Notes under the pieces: model-generated
Seen by the model: the letters and a program-made list of their open reading frames with translations, nothing else
Databases searched by the model: none
Told to the model about the DNA's origin: nothing
NCBI GenBank assembly: GCA_040901675.1
Contig: JBBDYJ010000025.1
Location: 127,943 to 191,942 of the forward strand
Length of the DNA: 64,000 bases
Reading direction: 5' to 3'
From: Pirellulales bacterium
Lineage (GTDB): Bacteria; Planctomycetota; Planctomycetia; Pirellulales; JAICIG01
In this document: piece after piece, positions 47,401 through 56,123 of the stretch
Numbering within the stretch: the first letter of the stretch is position 1
Layout: every line of letters begins with the position of its first letter
Made by a program: the position numbers and the translations under genes

Positions 47401-50400
47401 TGTCCAGGGTCCACGTCCTGGCGTGCGCAAGCGGATCCTCCAGCCGCGTGCGGTTGCCGTAAAGGTCGTAAGTCGATGTGTATTTCGGATTATTATTCGG
47501 ATCAAAATCGAGGTCTGGCAAGGTCACGACGAGCGGCCGGTTCATCGGATCGAACGTGGTCGCCGTCGTGAATCCCCGTTCATTCGTGTACGAGACCATA
47601 TTGCTGGCCAAGTCGTAGGCCAGCGTCACGAAGGGGTTGTTGTTCTCGTCCGAGTCATCATCGGGAAATTCTATTTCGACAAGCCTGTCGCGCCCGTCGT
47701 ACGAAAACGCCGTGGTTTCCCCCACTTCGTTCGTCGCCGTCGCGACCAGCCCGTCGCTGGTGTGCGTGAATGTCTTCTCGCCGTTCAAGGCGTTGCGGAT
47801 CGTGACGAGGTTGCTCCCCGTGGCCGAGTAGACGTATGTCGTGTTCTTTCCGCGAGGGTTGGTGTACAGCGTGGGCTGCGAGAAACTGTTCCAGGTCCAA
47901 CTCTCCGAATTGTAATCCGGCAGGACCACCTTGGTCGGATTGGCCTTGCTGTCGAATTCCGAGTACGTCCGCCGGTTCAAAGGATCGTTCACGAGCCAGG
48001 GAAGGCCGTTGGACGTGACGTGGACCACCGAGTTGTGGGCCATCGGGTCGGCCGCGGCGGTGGCCAGACCGAATCCCAGCCAGTCGTGCCGGCTCTGCCA
48101 GACGTTGCTGCGCGGGTCGGTGTAGCTGGCCGTGGCCTCGACCGCCAGCACGGCAATCGCCGGATTGCCCTGCGTGCCGTACGGCGACTGGGCCAGGCCG
48201 CGGATCTGCAGCGGCGTGAGCTGCTCGGTCGTCGTGTCGGGCAGCGTGACCGTGTCGACGCGCCCGGCGAAGTTCAGGCCGAACGTGGTGGTGTGATTGC
48301 GGGGCGTCGTCAGGGAGGTCATGTTGCTCGCCGAATCGTAGCCGTGCCCCCACACGCCGGTGTCGGGCATGGTGAGGCTGGTCAGCCGCCCCGAGGTGTG
48401 CGTCAACTGAGTGACGCGGCCCGCCACGTCGGTGAACGTGCTGACCATCCCGCCGGCATAGTCCAGGTCCGTCGCGATGTTGTTCTGGTCGACGATCTGC
48501 GACAGCGTGTTGTCGGGGTTCCAGTTGAACGTGACCGTGTTCTGGTTGCGATCGACGGCGGTCGACTGCCGGCCGTCCGAGCGGAAGTTGATCTTCACGC
48601 CGTCCTTGAGCGTTCGGGTCCAGGTGTCGCCGCTCTTGGTCAAGGTGCTGAAATCGCCGGCGGGCGTGACGTACGTGCCCTGCTGCGCGTCGTCGGCGAA
48701 CCACAGGCTCAGGCCGCCGGCCATCTCCAAAATCACGCCGCCGGTCACCGGATGGATTTGGCTCAACCCGCCAAGAGACCAGCCGGCCCCCAGGCTGCTC
48801 GTGCTCGAGTTGATAACGTTCACCTGTCCGCTATGGACGGTCGTCACCGGTATGGCATAGTGCTCGGTCACCTCGATCGAGAAGGGATACCTTCCGGTGG
48901 CCAAGCCGGCCTGCCCTTGCAGGGCGATTTGCAGGATGCCGCCGGGGTTCAACTGCGAAGTGTCGTACCAGATTTCCGAGCCGGCCGCACCGTTGAGCGT
49001 CAGCTTGGCGCTGACCAGGCTCGGGGCCGCCGCCCGCGTGGGATCCAGCTCGAAGTGGTCGATGAAGATCGGCCGGGGGTCGGCCGCCAGCGAGCTGTAA
49101 ACCAGCCTGATCGGCGCCACGCCCGGGTTGTAGGAGGGCAGTTCATGGGCCACGTACAACCCGCCGGTCACCGGAGAAATCGCGAAGTCGGCCGACTCGA
49201 TCAACTGCTGCTCGGCCTGAACCTGGTCGGGGGCCAGCACCGTCGACCAGGTGCCCGCGCTGGATGGCGGGGCCGGAACCTGGCCCATCCCATTGGTCGG
49301 CTCGACCAAGACCGTGAGCTCTTGGCTCTGCTGGGAGCTGTCGACATTCGTCGTTGTCAAGACGATGGTATTCGTCCTGGGCGAACCTTGGAAACTCGTC
49401 CAGTTGAACTGCAGGCGGTACGTGCCTGTACCCGTGACGTTCTCAATATCCGGGGCTTGGCTCAAGTCCCAGTCGTATGTGGCCACGATCCCGCCCGACA
49501 CCTGCGCCCTTAGATCCATCTGCCAGGTGCTGTAGGAGTGCTGGATAACTCCGGGCACGAGCACGGCCGCCTCGTTGGCCGACAGCACCCAGAGCGGATC
49601 GGTCCAGCCGGCCGCCAGCCCCGGCGGCGTAATCAGCGGACTGGTGAAGAACTCGTCGGGCTGGGGCATGGTCGTCGGGGTGTCGGACGTCTCGGGCGCG
49701 AGCGGATCGGAACTCATGGTCGTGGTGCTCGTGGAATCCAGCGTCGCGTCCGACGTGGTCGACGTGCTCTCTTCGGTTGTCAACACCGGCTCGGACGTGG
49801 CGGTTGAATCGCTCGGGCTCAACGAGCGGGCGGCCAATCCTAGATCCGCCGGGGGTGCTGCGTCGGCGCTCCCGGCCAGAGTCGGGGCCGCCGGAGCCGA
49901 TGCATCGGTGGTGAGTCCCTGCGGCGGAACGGCGGCCAGGCTGCCGCCTGACGGGGCGTCCGCGCCGGTATCGATTGCCGAGTTCAACAGGGCCAGCGAG
50001 GCGTGCGGGTTGTCGTCACTGCCCAACGGGCCGGACCAAAGCTCGCCCATCAAATCGGTGGACAAGGCATTCGCCGGCGTGCGGCCCGTGTCGCTCTCGT
50101 GGCCGGAATCGAGAACCTCGATCTGGTACGGGATTCGGACGCTTTGGATTTGGGCGGTGTTGATCGACTCGCTCGCCAGGCTGACGGGCGAGCTGGCCGT
50201 CTCGTCGGGCGATTCACCTTCTTCGGTTGAGATGCGCTCCGTGTAGGTCAAATCCGCGGGGGCGACTTCCGCCTGCACCGCCGCTGCAAGGCCGGCGCTG
50301 ACCGCGGTCGTGGTGAAGAAAACGTCGGTCACCGGCAACCGCTCTTCACACTTTTCGGGCGCCTTGGCCACGCGGTTGGTGCGCCGGGGCGGCTTGCGGC

Positions 50401-50485
50401 GACGTTGCCGGCGGACGAGCAGATGACCGAAGAGTCGGATCACCAGGGGCGATTGCGCCATCCAAGAGCGGGGAAATGTTCGCAC
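44426..50485 (-). CDS. Large RHS/YD-repeat polymorphic toxin with a HExxH metallopeptidase tip
   Basis: Many YD repeats; core end 'ARWYDP..GRF.SEDPIG...NLFRYVGN...DPTGL'; tip 'HELGHA...ENEVRAALGVNPRNDY'; GTG start with GGAGG (ORF extends to 50551). Confidence 0.9.
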   Translation of the reverse strand: MRTFPRSWMAQSPLVIRLFGHLLVRRQRRRKPPRRTNRVAKAPEKCEERLPVTDVFFTTTAVSAGLAAAVQAEVAPADLTYTERISTEEGESPDETASSPVSLASESINTAQIQSVRIPYQIEVLDSGHESDTGRTPANALSTDLMGELWSGPLGSDDNPHASLALLNSAIDTGADAPSGGSLAAVPPQGLTTDASAPAAPTLAGSADAAPPADLGLAARSLSPSDSTATSEPVLTTEESTSTTSDATLDSTSTTTMSSDPLAPETSDTPTTMPQPDEFFTSPLITPPGLAAGWTDPLWVLSANEAAVLVPGVIQHSYSTWQMDLRAQVSGGIVATYDWDLSQAPDIENVTGTGTYRLQFNWTSFQGSPRTNTIVLTTTNVDSSQQSQELTVLVEPTNGMGQVPAPPSSAGTWSTVLAPDQVQAEQQLIESADFAISPVTGGLYVAHELPSYNPGVAPIRLVYSSLAADPRPIFIDHFELDPTRAAAPSLVSAKLTLNGAAGSEIWYDTSQLNPGGILQIALQGQAGLATGRYPFSIEVTEHYAIPVTTVHSGQVNVINSSTSSLGAGWSLGGLSQIHPVTGGVILEMAGGLSLWFADDAQQGTYVTPAGDFSTLTKSGDTWTRTLKDGVKINFRSDGRQSTAVDRNQNTVTFNWNPDNTLSQIVDQNNIATDLDYAGGMVSTFTDVAGRVTQLTHTSGRLTSLTMPDTGVWGHGYDSASNMTSLTTPRNHTTTFGLNFAGRVDTVTLPDTTTEQLTPLQIRGLAQSPYGTQGNPAIAVLAVEATASYTDPRSNVWQSRHDWLGFGLATAAADPMAHNSVVHVTSNGLPWLVNDPLNRRTYSEFDSKANPTKVVLPDYNSESWTWNSFSQPTLYTNPRGKNTTYVYSATGSNLVTIRNALNGEKTFTHTSDGLVATATNEVGETTAFSYDGRDRLVEIEFPDDDSDENNNPFVTLAYDLASNMVSYTNERGFTTATTFDPMNRPLVVTLPDLDFDPNNNPKYTSTYDLYGNRTRLEDPLAHARTWTLDSMNRILTEADALNNMTELVWGAAGELEAVEDPMGRVTSLGWDPALRNTTITLPDPDGPSGPLLAPVITRSFDAASQQTGLTDPLNRTTTTQYHPRGWVSLVVDAMGNERGAGYDANGNVIQRVESGPGGMTPGMRGYFFDELDRMVMYTDQLSHTTSFTFDAASRVLTKTNALGFQTSFTYTARDQVATVTTPDPDGPSNPLLPSVTTFGYDLALNRTSVVDALNRTTTTTFDAQDRGIEVLDAMGGVTRVTFDLAGRRTELTDPVNNTTTWTHDDADRVISESNALNFARTFVYNGADELTSVTDRNGRERTFARDNVGRVTAEEWLDAAQTPIHTISYVHDAASQLTSVSDAYSSYAFGYNDAGWLTSKDNSGTPGVPNVVLTHGYNAFGERTSRADNLGGSTAFTFDQAHRMTGATLTVGTNTAQVAWTYDNADRLTRITRNGAMPGMSGDVGTTFTLDNMDRVKRIAHFSYQGQMMGQPPLHAFDYTWNAASEITNYTGPEGTLNYSYDTTSQLTGTSGARAEAYSYDLNGNRTMAGYSTGTGNRLLTDGVYNYTHDNEGNLTVQVRISDGERTEFTWDHRNRLTKVLIKDSGGTTIREARFTYDVFDRLIGRWVDMDGAGPQAGVQTWHAYDGDNPYADFNSAGSLTNRYLYGPAIDALLGRMSSAGAVDWYMTDLIGSVRQIVNKMGTSVLHAASYDSFGNIASQTGTGDRFKYAGREYEAAIDQYHNRARWYDPDTGRFTSEDPIGFAANDPNLFRYVGNSSTNRTDPTGLEILHVGEEGPHRDRFEDLLEQMAEGDNLPSYLASVALSDYLTIRVLWIPGAPAMVPGGHGPLTIRLNPDTQDYMPQGSTFFTGAGIMNPDIGAMIVICHELGHALHDLALSDPTPENPSGTNVTLVENEVRAALGVNPRNDYDGQPLPAANMLNPDEQARYEAFLNMFGHGAADALPDAQTGVSAPPNPFYTYEIEMPSLLPDPVQVYDLWPE

Positions 50486-50780
50486 GTAATGCCCTCCCTG
50501 ATTGCGAAGTGGACGAGAAGTCCAGGAAAGGCGATCATCGCTTGGCCGCAAGCTGCCCGTCGCGAGCAGCGGCGGCAGTCCGGAGCCTATGGCGGCATCG
50601 GGATCCCGTCAAGCATCTGGCGGAAATTTTCGGAAATTTTTTCCGGTGCCATGATTTGGTTCTGGCGCCGTGGCGCCGCTGGCGCCTCGCCGCTAGCAGC
50701 TAGCTCAGGCGCGTCGGGGGCGCTGCGACAGCGGACCTCTCGCTGGCGCGTCGGGTGGGTGGGGGGACGGGGACGAGGAA

Positions 50781-50804
50781 CCACTCGCGGAGCGAGTGGA
50801 CCAC
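50781..50804. repeat. Palindromic REP-like unit CCACTCGCGGAGCGAGTGG
   Basis: Related copy at 63854-63877 just after mnmG. Confidence 0.6.
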
Positions 50805-50968
50805 ATCACGCCACTCGCTGGCACGTCGGGTGGTATGAGGGCGAGCGGATCACACCTGGTCGAGCGTGGGCAGCAGCCAAGGGCGAGCGGTACTCGGGCC
50901 GCGTCAGGTATTGAGAGGAAGACACGCTGAATGACTACCCTGGGCGCTTCGCCGGCGGCGATAGCCGT

Positions 50969-51421
50969 TCAACTGCTGGCAGTCGAGTTGGGGCTGCTCA
51001 ACTGGGCCAGCACCTGCAGCACGCCGTTGAGATGGGCCAGGCGGGGGCCAAATCGGTCGACGAACTCGTTGAGCATGAACTCGCCTTCGGCCAGCACCTC
51101 GGCGTTTTCGTTGACCTCTTCGGTCAGCGTGTTGAGAAACTCGGTCTGCACGCGGCTGAGCGCCTCGGCCGCCAGGCGGCAGTTCTTGGCCAACTGCGGA
51201 TTGGCCGCCTTCCACTGGCCGAGCTCCTGGGTCCGCTGCCTCTGCGTGGCGCTGAGCTGGGTTACCAGCTCTTCCAACAACTCGTTCTGCCGGTCCTGGG
51301 CCGACAGGATCTCGCGCAAGAGCCGGGTCTGCTCGTTGTCCGCCGTCGGGTGAGCGGTGTGCGATCCGGCCGAAATGTCGACCTGCGTAAACAAGGGAGG
51401 GGACGGCTGGCGTTCAGGCAT
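50969..51421 (-). CDS. Hypothetical coiled-coil protein
   Basis: Protein-like ORF with GC-rich codon usage ('QDRQNELLEEL', 'EFVDRFGPRLAHLNG'). Confidence 0.75.
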   Translation of the reverse strand: MPERQPSPPLFTQVDISAGSHTAHPTADNEQTRLLREILSAQDRQNELLEELVTQLSATQRQRTQELGQWKAANPQLAKNCRLAAEALSRVQTEFLNTLTEEVNENAEVLAEGEFMLNEFVDRFGPRLAHLNGVLQVLAQLSSPNSTASS

Positions 51422-51616
51422 GATCGGGCCCTTTCTGCGGCGACTCTGTATTATAACCACGCCACCGAACTAAAGTCGAGCATTTCACTTGCAGTTGCCC
51501 AGGCCTTCCCTCGGCCCCCCTACAGAACCTAAAGTCGGCATCGCCGCTGGCCCGATGCTATGGACCACTGCGTCGATGGTCACCAGCGAAGATAGCTAAC
51601 TTGGGCAGGAGGCGTC

Positions 51617-52198
51617 ATGGATCGGCGCGACGGCAAGCTGCCGGCAATCGGGTTTTTGACCGTCGTGCGAAACGACCAGCACGGCCTGCTGGGGGGCTAC
51701 CTGGTCCTGAACGTCAATGGCCGCCCCCTGGAATTCCACTGCACCGCCCCGGTTAAGCCCAACCGTGCCCAGGAGATCCTGTTTGGGCCGGCCTTGGAGC
51801 CCTACCTATACGGCGAGCAGATCGGCCAGACCCTGATCGCCAAAAGCGACGTGCAGCCGCTGGCCGTCTGCACCGACCTCGCCGCCGTATTGTCGGTCCG
51901 TCAATTTGTGAACTTGCCCGTGGCCCTGGTGCTGCCCGCCGGTTCGGACGATCGGCCGGAGCCATGCGAGGCGGCCCCACTCGACGGGCCATCGTATCGC
52001 GTGGACAGCTCGCACCCTGCGGTGGCGCTAGCCACGTTTCGCCTGGGGCGCAATCGGCTCGCCGTGGCCAGCGGCAGCCTGGCGGATCGAGCCAGCCTCG
52101 CGTCGAACCTGGAATCGATTGCCGACACGTTCGACTTGGCCGAGCCGTTTGAACGCATCCGCAATGCCATCGACGAAGCGCGCCGCTCGACCCGCTAG
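51617..52198 (+). CDS. Hypothetical protein
   Basis: AGGAGG RBS; 'GGYLVLN..GRPLEFHCTAPVKPNRAQEIL'. Confidence 0.8.
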   Translation: MDRRDGKLPAIGFLTVVRNDQHGLLGGYLVLNVNGRPLEFHCTAPVKPNRAQEILFGPALEPYLYGEQIGQTLIAKSDVQPLAVCTDLAAVLSVRQFVNLPVALVLPAGSDDRPEPCEAAPLDGPSYRVDSSHPAVALATFRLGRNRLAVASGSLADRASLASNLESIADTFDLAEPFERIRNAIDEARRSTR

Positions 52199-52367
52199 AC
52201 GTTCGGGGAAGAAGTCAGAAGTCAGAAGTCAGAGGTCAGAAGTCAGAGCGCCGGGTGGCTGGGGCAAAGCGATAAGCGTGCCCCAGTACCAGAGGTCAGA
52301 GGTCAGAAGTCAGAGTGCCGGGTGGCTTGCCCGAGTTCTCCGGGCTCTGTCCAAGGAGACGGCTCGA

Positions 52368-54161
52368 TTGGATGCACCTGCTCGCGGTTCGACCCACGTC
52401 GACTCACTCCGGTGGCCGAGCCCTTCCCAATCGGAGACCTGGCGCGTCGACTTGGCGATTCCCGCGGTATGTTTTGCGCCATGGACGGCCAGTTCCGCGG
52501 CGTTCGGCGCCGCGGCAATCGAGGTTGCCAGCCTGTCGCCGGCCGAGGCGCCTCCGGGCGTCGTTTCGTTGGCCTTCAAGAGCTTGCCGGTCAAAACCCA
52601 CGCCTTCGCCTTTCCAGCCGACTCACGAGCGAACAGGCCGGCCGCCTGGGCGCGGGCCGCGACGGGGCCGCCCAGGTCGGTGCACCCGCCGGTGCGGACC
52701 GCCACCCGCATCCGGCCGCCCGGCGACGTCATCAAGCTGGTGGACCGGCTGTACTATGTGCTCCAGCCCGGCCTGGAAACATTGGTCGCCAACCAGTCGC
52801 TCGACTTCCCCTGCCATCCCTTCGCGTTTCAGTTCGAGGGCATCGCCTTTTTGTATCCCCGCTACGCGGCCATCCTGGCCGACGAAATGGGGCTGGGCAA
52901 AACGATGCAGGCCATTACGGCCGTGCGGCTGCTGCTGCACGCCGGCGAGCTGGAGAGGGTGCTGTTAATCTGTCCCAAGCCGCTGGTCAGCAATTGGAAG
53001 CGCGAGTTCCAGCTTTGGGCGCCCGAGATTCCGTTGACGGTGATCGAAGGCGACCAGGCCCGCCGCCGCTGGCAGTGGAAGCTGACGGACTGCCCCGTGA
53101 CGATCGCCAACTACGAGCTGTTGCACCGCGACCGCGACCTGGTCGCCCGCCCCGATGAGCACTACGACCTGGTGGTGCTCGACGAGTCGCAGCGGATCAA
53201 GAACCGGGCCAGCAGCACGTCGCAGATTGTCCGCTCCATCCCGCGCAGCCGGAGCTGGGCCTTGACCGGTACGCCGGTTGAAAACAGCGCCGACGACCTG
53301 GTGGGCATTTTCGAGTTCCTGGCCCCGGGCTATCTCTCGCCGGGGATGAAGCCGCGGCGGATGGGCCGGCTGGCCGGCGACTACGTGCTGCGCCGCACCA
53401 AGGACAAGGTCCTGGCGGAGCTGCCGCCCAAGATGTACCGCGATGCCGACGTCGAGCTGACGCCCGAGCAGCGCGAGACGTATCGCCTGGCCGAGGACGA
53501 AGGCGTGCTGCGTCTGACGCGCATGGGCGAGTCGGCCACCATCCAGCACGTGTTCGAGCTGGTGCTGCGGCTCAAGCAAATCTGCAACTTCGACCCGGCC
53601 ACCGAGGCCAGCGCCAAGTTCGAGCGGCTCGCCGCCGACCTGGAAGAGGTGGCCGCCAGCGGCCGCAAGGCGCTGGTCTTCAGCCAGTGGGTCGGCACGC
53701 TGGAGCTGCTGGCCCGCCGGCTCAAGTCGTACCGGCCTCTTTCGTTCCACGGGAAAGTGCCCTCGTCGCGGCGCGACGCCGTGCTCGAGCGATTCCAGCA
53801 GGACCCCGACTGCCACGTGCTCTTGATCAGCTACGGGGCCGGGGGGGTGGGGCTGAACCTGCAGTTCGCCCGCTACGTGTTTCTGTTCGACCGCTGGTGG
53901 AACCCGGCCGTGGAAGACCAGGCGATCAACCGCGTACACCGCATCGGCACCGCCGGGCCGGTCACGGTGACCCGCTTCCTGGCCGTCGGCACCATCGAGG
54001 AGCGGATCGACCAGATCCTGCGCGAGAAGCGCGAGCTGTTCGACACCATCTTTTGCGACGCCGCGCTCCGCCAGCAGACCGGGCTGTCGCGCGAGGAGAT
54101 TTTTGGCCTGTTCAAGCTCAAGTGTCCCAGCGGACCCATCGACTTGGCCGGAGAACGTTAG
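52368..54161 (+). CDS. SNF2-family (SF2) helicase/ATPase
   Basis: 'LADEMGLGKT', 'DESQRIKN', 'LTGTPVEN', 'GLNLQ', 'DRWWNPAVEDQAINRVHRIG'; TTG start with AAGGAG. Confidence 0.9.
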   Translation: MDAPARGSTHVDSLRWPSPSQSETWRVDLAIPAVCFAPWTASSAAFGAAAIEVASLSPAEAPPGVVSLAFKSLPVKTHAFAFPADSRANRPAAWARAATGPPRSVHPPVRTATRIRPPGDVIKLVDRLYYVLQPGLETLVANQSLDFPCHPFAFQFEGIAFLYPRYAAILADEMGLGKTMQAITAVRLLLHAGELERVLLICPKPLVSNWKREFQLWAPEIPLTVIEGDQARRRWQWKLTDCPVTIANYELLHRDRDLVARPDEHYDLVVLDESQRIKNRASSTSQIVRSIPRSRSWALTGTPVENSADDLVGIFEFLAPGYLSPGMKPRRMGRLAGDYVLRRTKDKVLAELPPKMYRDADVELTPEQRETYRLAEDEGVLRLTRMGESATIQHVFELVLRLKQICNFDPATEASAKFERLAADLEEVAASGRKALVFSQWVGTLELLARRLKSYRPLSFHGKVPSSRRDAVLERFQQDPDCHVLLISYGAGGVGLNLQFARYVFLFDRWWNPAVEDQAINRVHRIGTAGPVTVTRFLAVGTIEERIDQILREKRELFDTIFCDAALRQQTGLSREEIFGLFKLKCPSGPIDLAGER

Positions 54162-54185
54162 CGGTCAGTGGTTAGTGGTCGGTGC

Positions 54186-54485
54186 CAGAGCGCCGGGTGG
54201 CTGGCGGCCGGGTGGCTGGCGGCAAAGCGGACTTCGGCGAGCTCAGTCGAGTCGTAGCGTGCCCCAGTCTTCGTCCGTATCGCCCGGCGTTCGTCTTGTC
54301 CCCTTGTCGCCTTGTCGTTCCTCCAGGGTGCCTGGCGGCAAAGCGGACTTCGGCGAGCTCAGTCGAGTCGTAGCGTGCCCCAGTCATCCCACCACGTTCC
54401 CCTTGTCCCCTTGTCGCCTTGTCGTTCTTCCAGGGTGGCTGGCGGCAAAGTCCCGGCGCGCCGGGGTGCCCCAGTCTTCGTCCGC
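54186..54485. repeat. Composite intergenic repeat
   Basis: Two copies of GGCGGCAAAGCGGACTTCGGCGAGCTCAGTCGAGTCGTAGCGTGCCCCAGTC plus (CCTTGTC)n heptamers; related sequence at 170-240 and 52245-52330. Confidence 0.85.
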
Positions 54486-54489
54486 GTTC

Positions 54490-55869
54490 TTAAAACAGCT
54501 CAGCGATCGCTTCGCCGTGATCCAGGGCGGGCACGGGCCGGCCGAAATGGTTCAGGAAGCTGGTGCTGGGATCGACCCCCAGCACCCGGTAGATCGTGGC
54601 GTGGATGTCGCAGGGTGTGACGGGCCGGTCTTGGGGCACTTCGCCCAGCCGGTTGGTCGAGCCGACCACCCGCCCGCCGCGCACTCCGCCGCCGCCCAGC
54701 AGGCAGAACATCGAGTTGCCCCAATGGTCGCGGCCCGGCGTGCCCATGCTCATCGGCGCGCCGCCGTTGCCGCCGTCGTTCATCCGCGGCGTCCGGCTGA
54801 ACTCGCCACACAGCACCACCAGCACCTGGTCCAACAGGCCTCGCTGGCTCAAGTCGGTGAACAACGCCGACACGGCCGAGTCGACCATCGGCAGGTAGCG
54901 TTCCATGCCCGCCTTGAGGTCCCAATGGTGGTCCCAGCCGCCAAAATGTACCGTGACGAACGTCGAGCCCGCCTCCACCAGCCGCCGCGCCAACAGCGTG
55001 CTCTGGCCCCAACTGTGGCGGCCATATTGCTCGCGCAGTCCTGGATCCTCCGAGCCGATGTCAAACGCCTTGAGGGCGGCCGAGCCGGTCACCAGCTCGT
55101 AAGCTTCGCGCTGGAAGCGGTCCATGGCCTCGGCGGTGGCGGCCTGATCGATGCCCCGCCGCGTGGCATCAAAATGTTCCAGCAGGCTCCGCCGGTTCTC
55201 GAGGCGGCCGATCGTCAGCTCGCCGGGCGGACGCAGGTTTTGCACCTGGAAACCATCCGCGTTCGGGTCGCCCTCGGTCTCGAACGGGTTGTGCTCGATG
55301 CCCAGGTAGTTGGCGCCGAAATAGCCGGGCCGCAGTCCGATGCTGCTGGCATAGGGGACCGCCACGTGGGCCGGCATGCCCGCTTTTCTCGGCCCGCACA
55401 CCTTCGAGGCGATCGAGCAGATCGAGGGATACCTGCCGGCCGTGTCGGCCCCGCTGGCCCCGCCGCGGCCCGTGAGCATATGGTGCCCGCCGGCAAAGTG
55501 GTCGCCGGTTCCGTGGTGCAACGAGCGGACCAGCGAGAACTTGTCGGCCACTTTGGCTTGCAGCGGGAACAGCTCACTGATCTCGATGCCCGGCACGTTG
55601 GTCGGGATGGGGTGCCACAGGCCCCGGTACTCGGCCGGGGCTTCGGGCTTCATATCGTAGAGGTCCATGTGGCCTGGGCCGCCGTCCAGCCAGATCAGGA
55701 TCACCGAGGTATTTTTCTTGGGCATCCCCAGCTCGGCTGAGGCCTCCTTTGCCCGCAGCACGTCGGCCAGGCTGGCCGTAGCCATGCCGGCCAGGCCGAT
55801 CTGGACGAAGTGCCGGCGGCTGACGCCATCGCAGTACCTTGTGGTTTTCCCCGCGTGGATTCGCAGCAT
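54490..55869 (-). CDS. DUF1501 domain protein
   Basis: 'SRRHFVQIG', 'WLDGGPGHMDLYDMKP', 'LLARRLVEAG', 'WDHH', 'GEFSRTP', 'GRDHW'. Confidence 0.9.
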   Translation of the reverse strand: MLRIHAGKTTRYCDGVSRRHFVQIGLAGMATASLADVLRAKEASAELGMPKKNTSVILIWLDGGPGHMDLYDMKPEAPAEYRGLWHPIPTNVPGIEISELFPLQAKVADKFSLVRSLHHGTGDHFAGGHHMLTGRGGASGADTAGRYPSICSIASKVCGPRKAGMPAHVAVPYASSIGLRPGYFGANYLGIEHNPFETEGDPNADGFQVQNLRPPGELTIGRLENRRSLLEHFDATRRGIDQAATAEAMDRFQREAYELVTGSAALKAFDIGSEDPGLREQYGRHSWGQSTLLARRLVEAGSTFVTVHFGGWDHHWDLKAGMERYLPMVDSAVSALFTDLSQRGLLDQVLVVLCGEFSRTPRMNDGGNGGAPMSMGTPGRDHWGNSMFCLLGGGGVRGGRVVGSTNRLGEVPQDRPVTPCDIHATIYRVLGVDPSTSFLNHFGRPVPALDHGEAIAELF

Positions 55870-56123
55870 GGCTTGGGTCCCCTTCGTTCGTAGAACGGAG
55901 TTCATTCCGTTTGCGTCTTCGTGTGCCGATCCTTCAACGCATCAGCATTCTTTGATCCGACCAGATTGTAAGGTCTTTTTTGCGAAGATGTCAACATCGG
56001 CCCGGTCCCGCCCCGGGCCCGGGACAACGCTGCCGCCCACTGTTCGGCAAACGCCGTTCCTTGATGGTCAAAACTCGTTCGGGGGCCTATCCTTACATAC
56101 TGGAGCCAATTGGATAGGCGGTA

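Noticed and set aside
52119..52367. N-terminal extension of the SNF2 ORF (similarly the extensions of ORFs 17816, 13777-14955 and 32570-33991)
   Set aside because: It runs through heptamer repeats or neighbouring genes; better starts lie downstream
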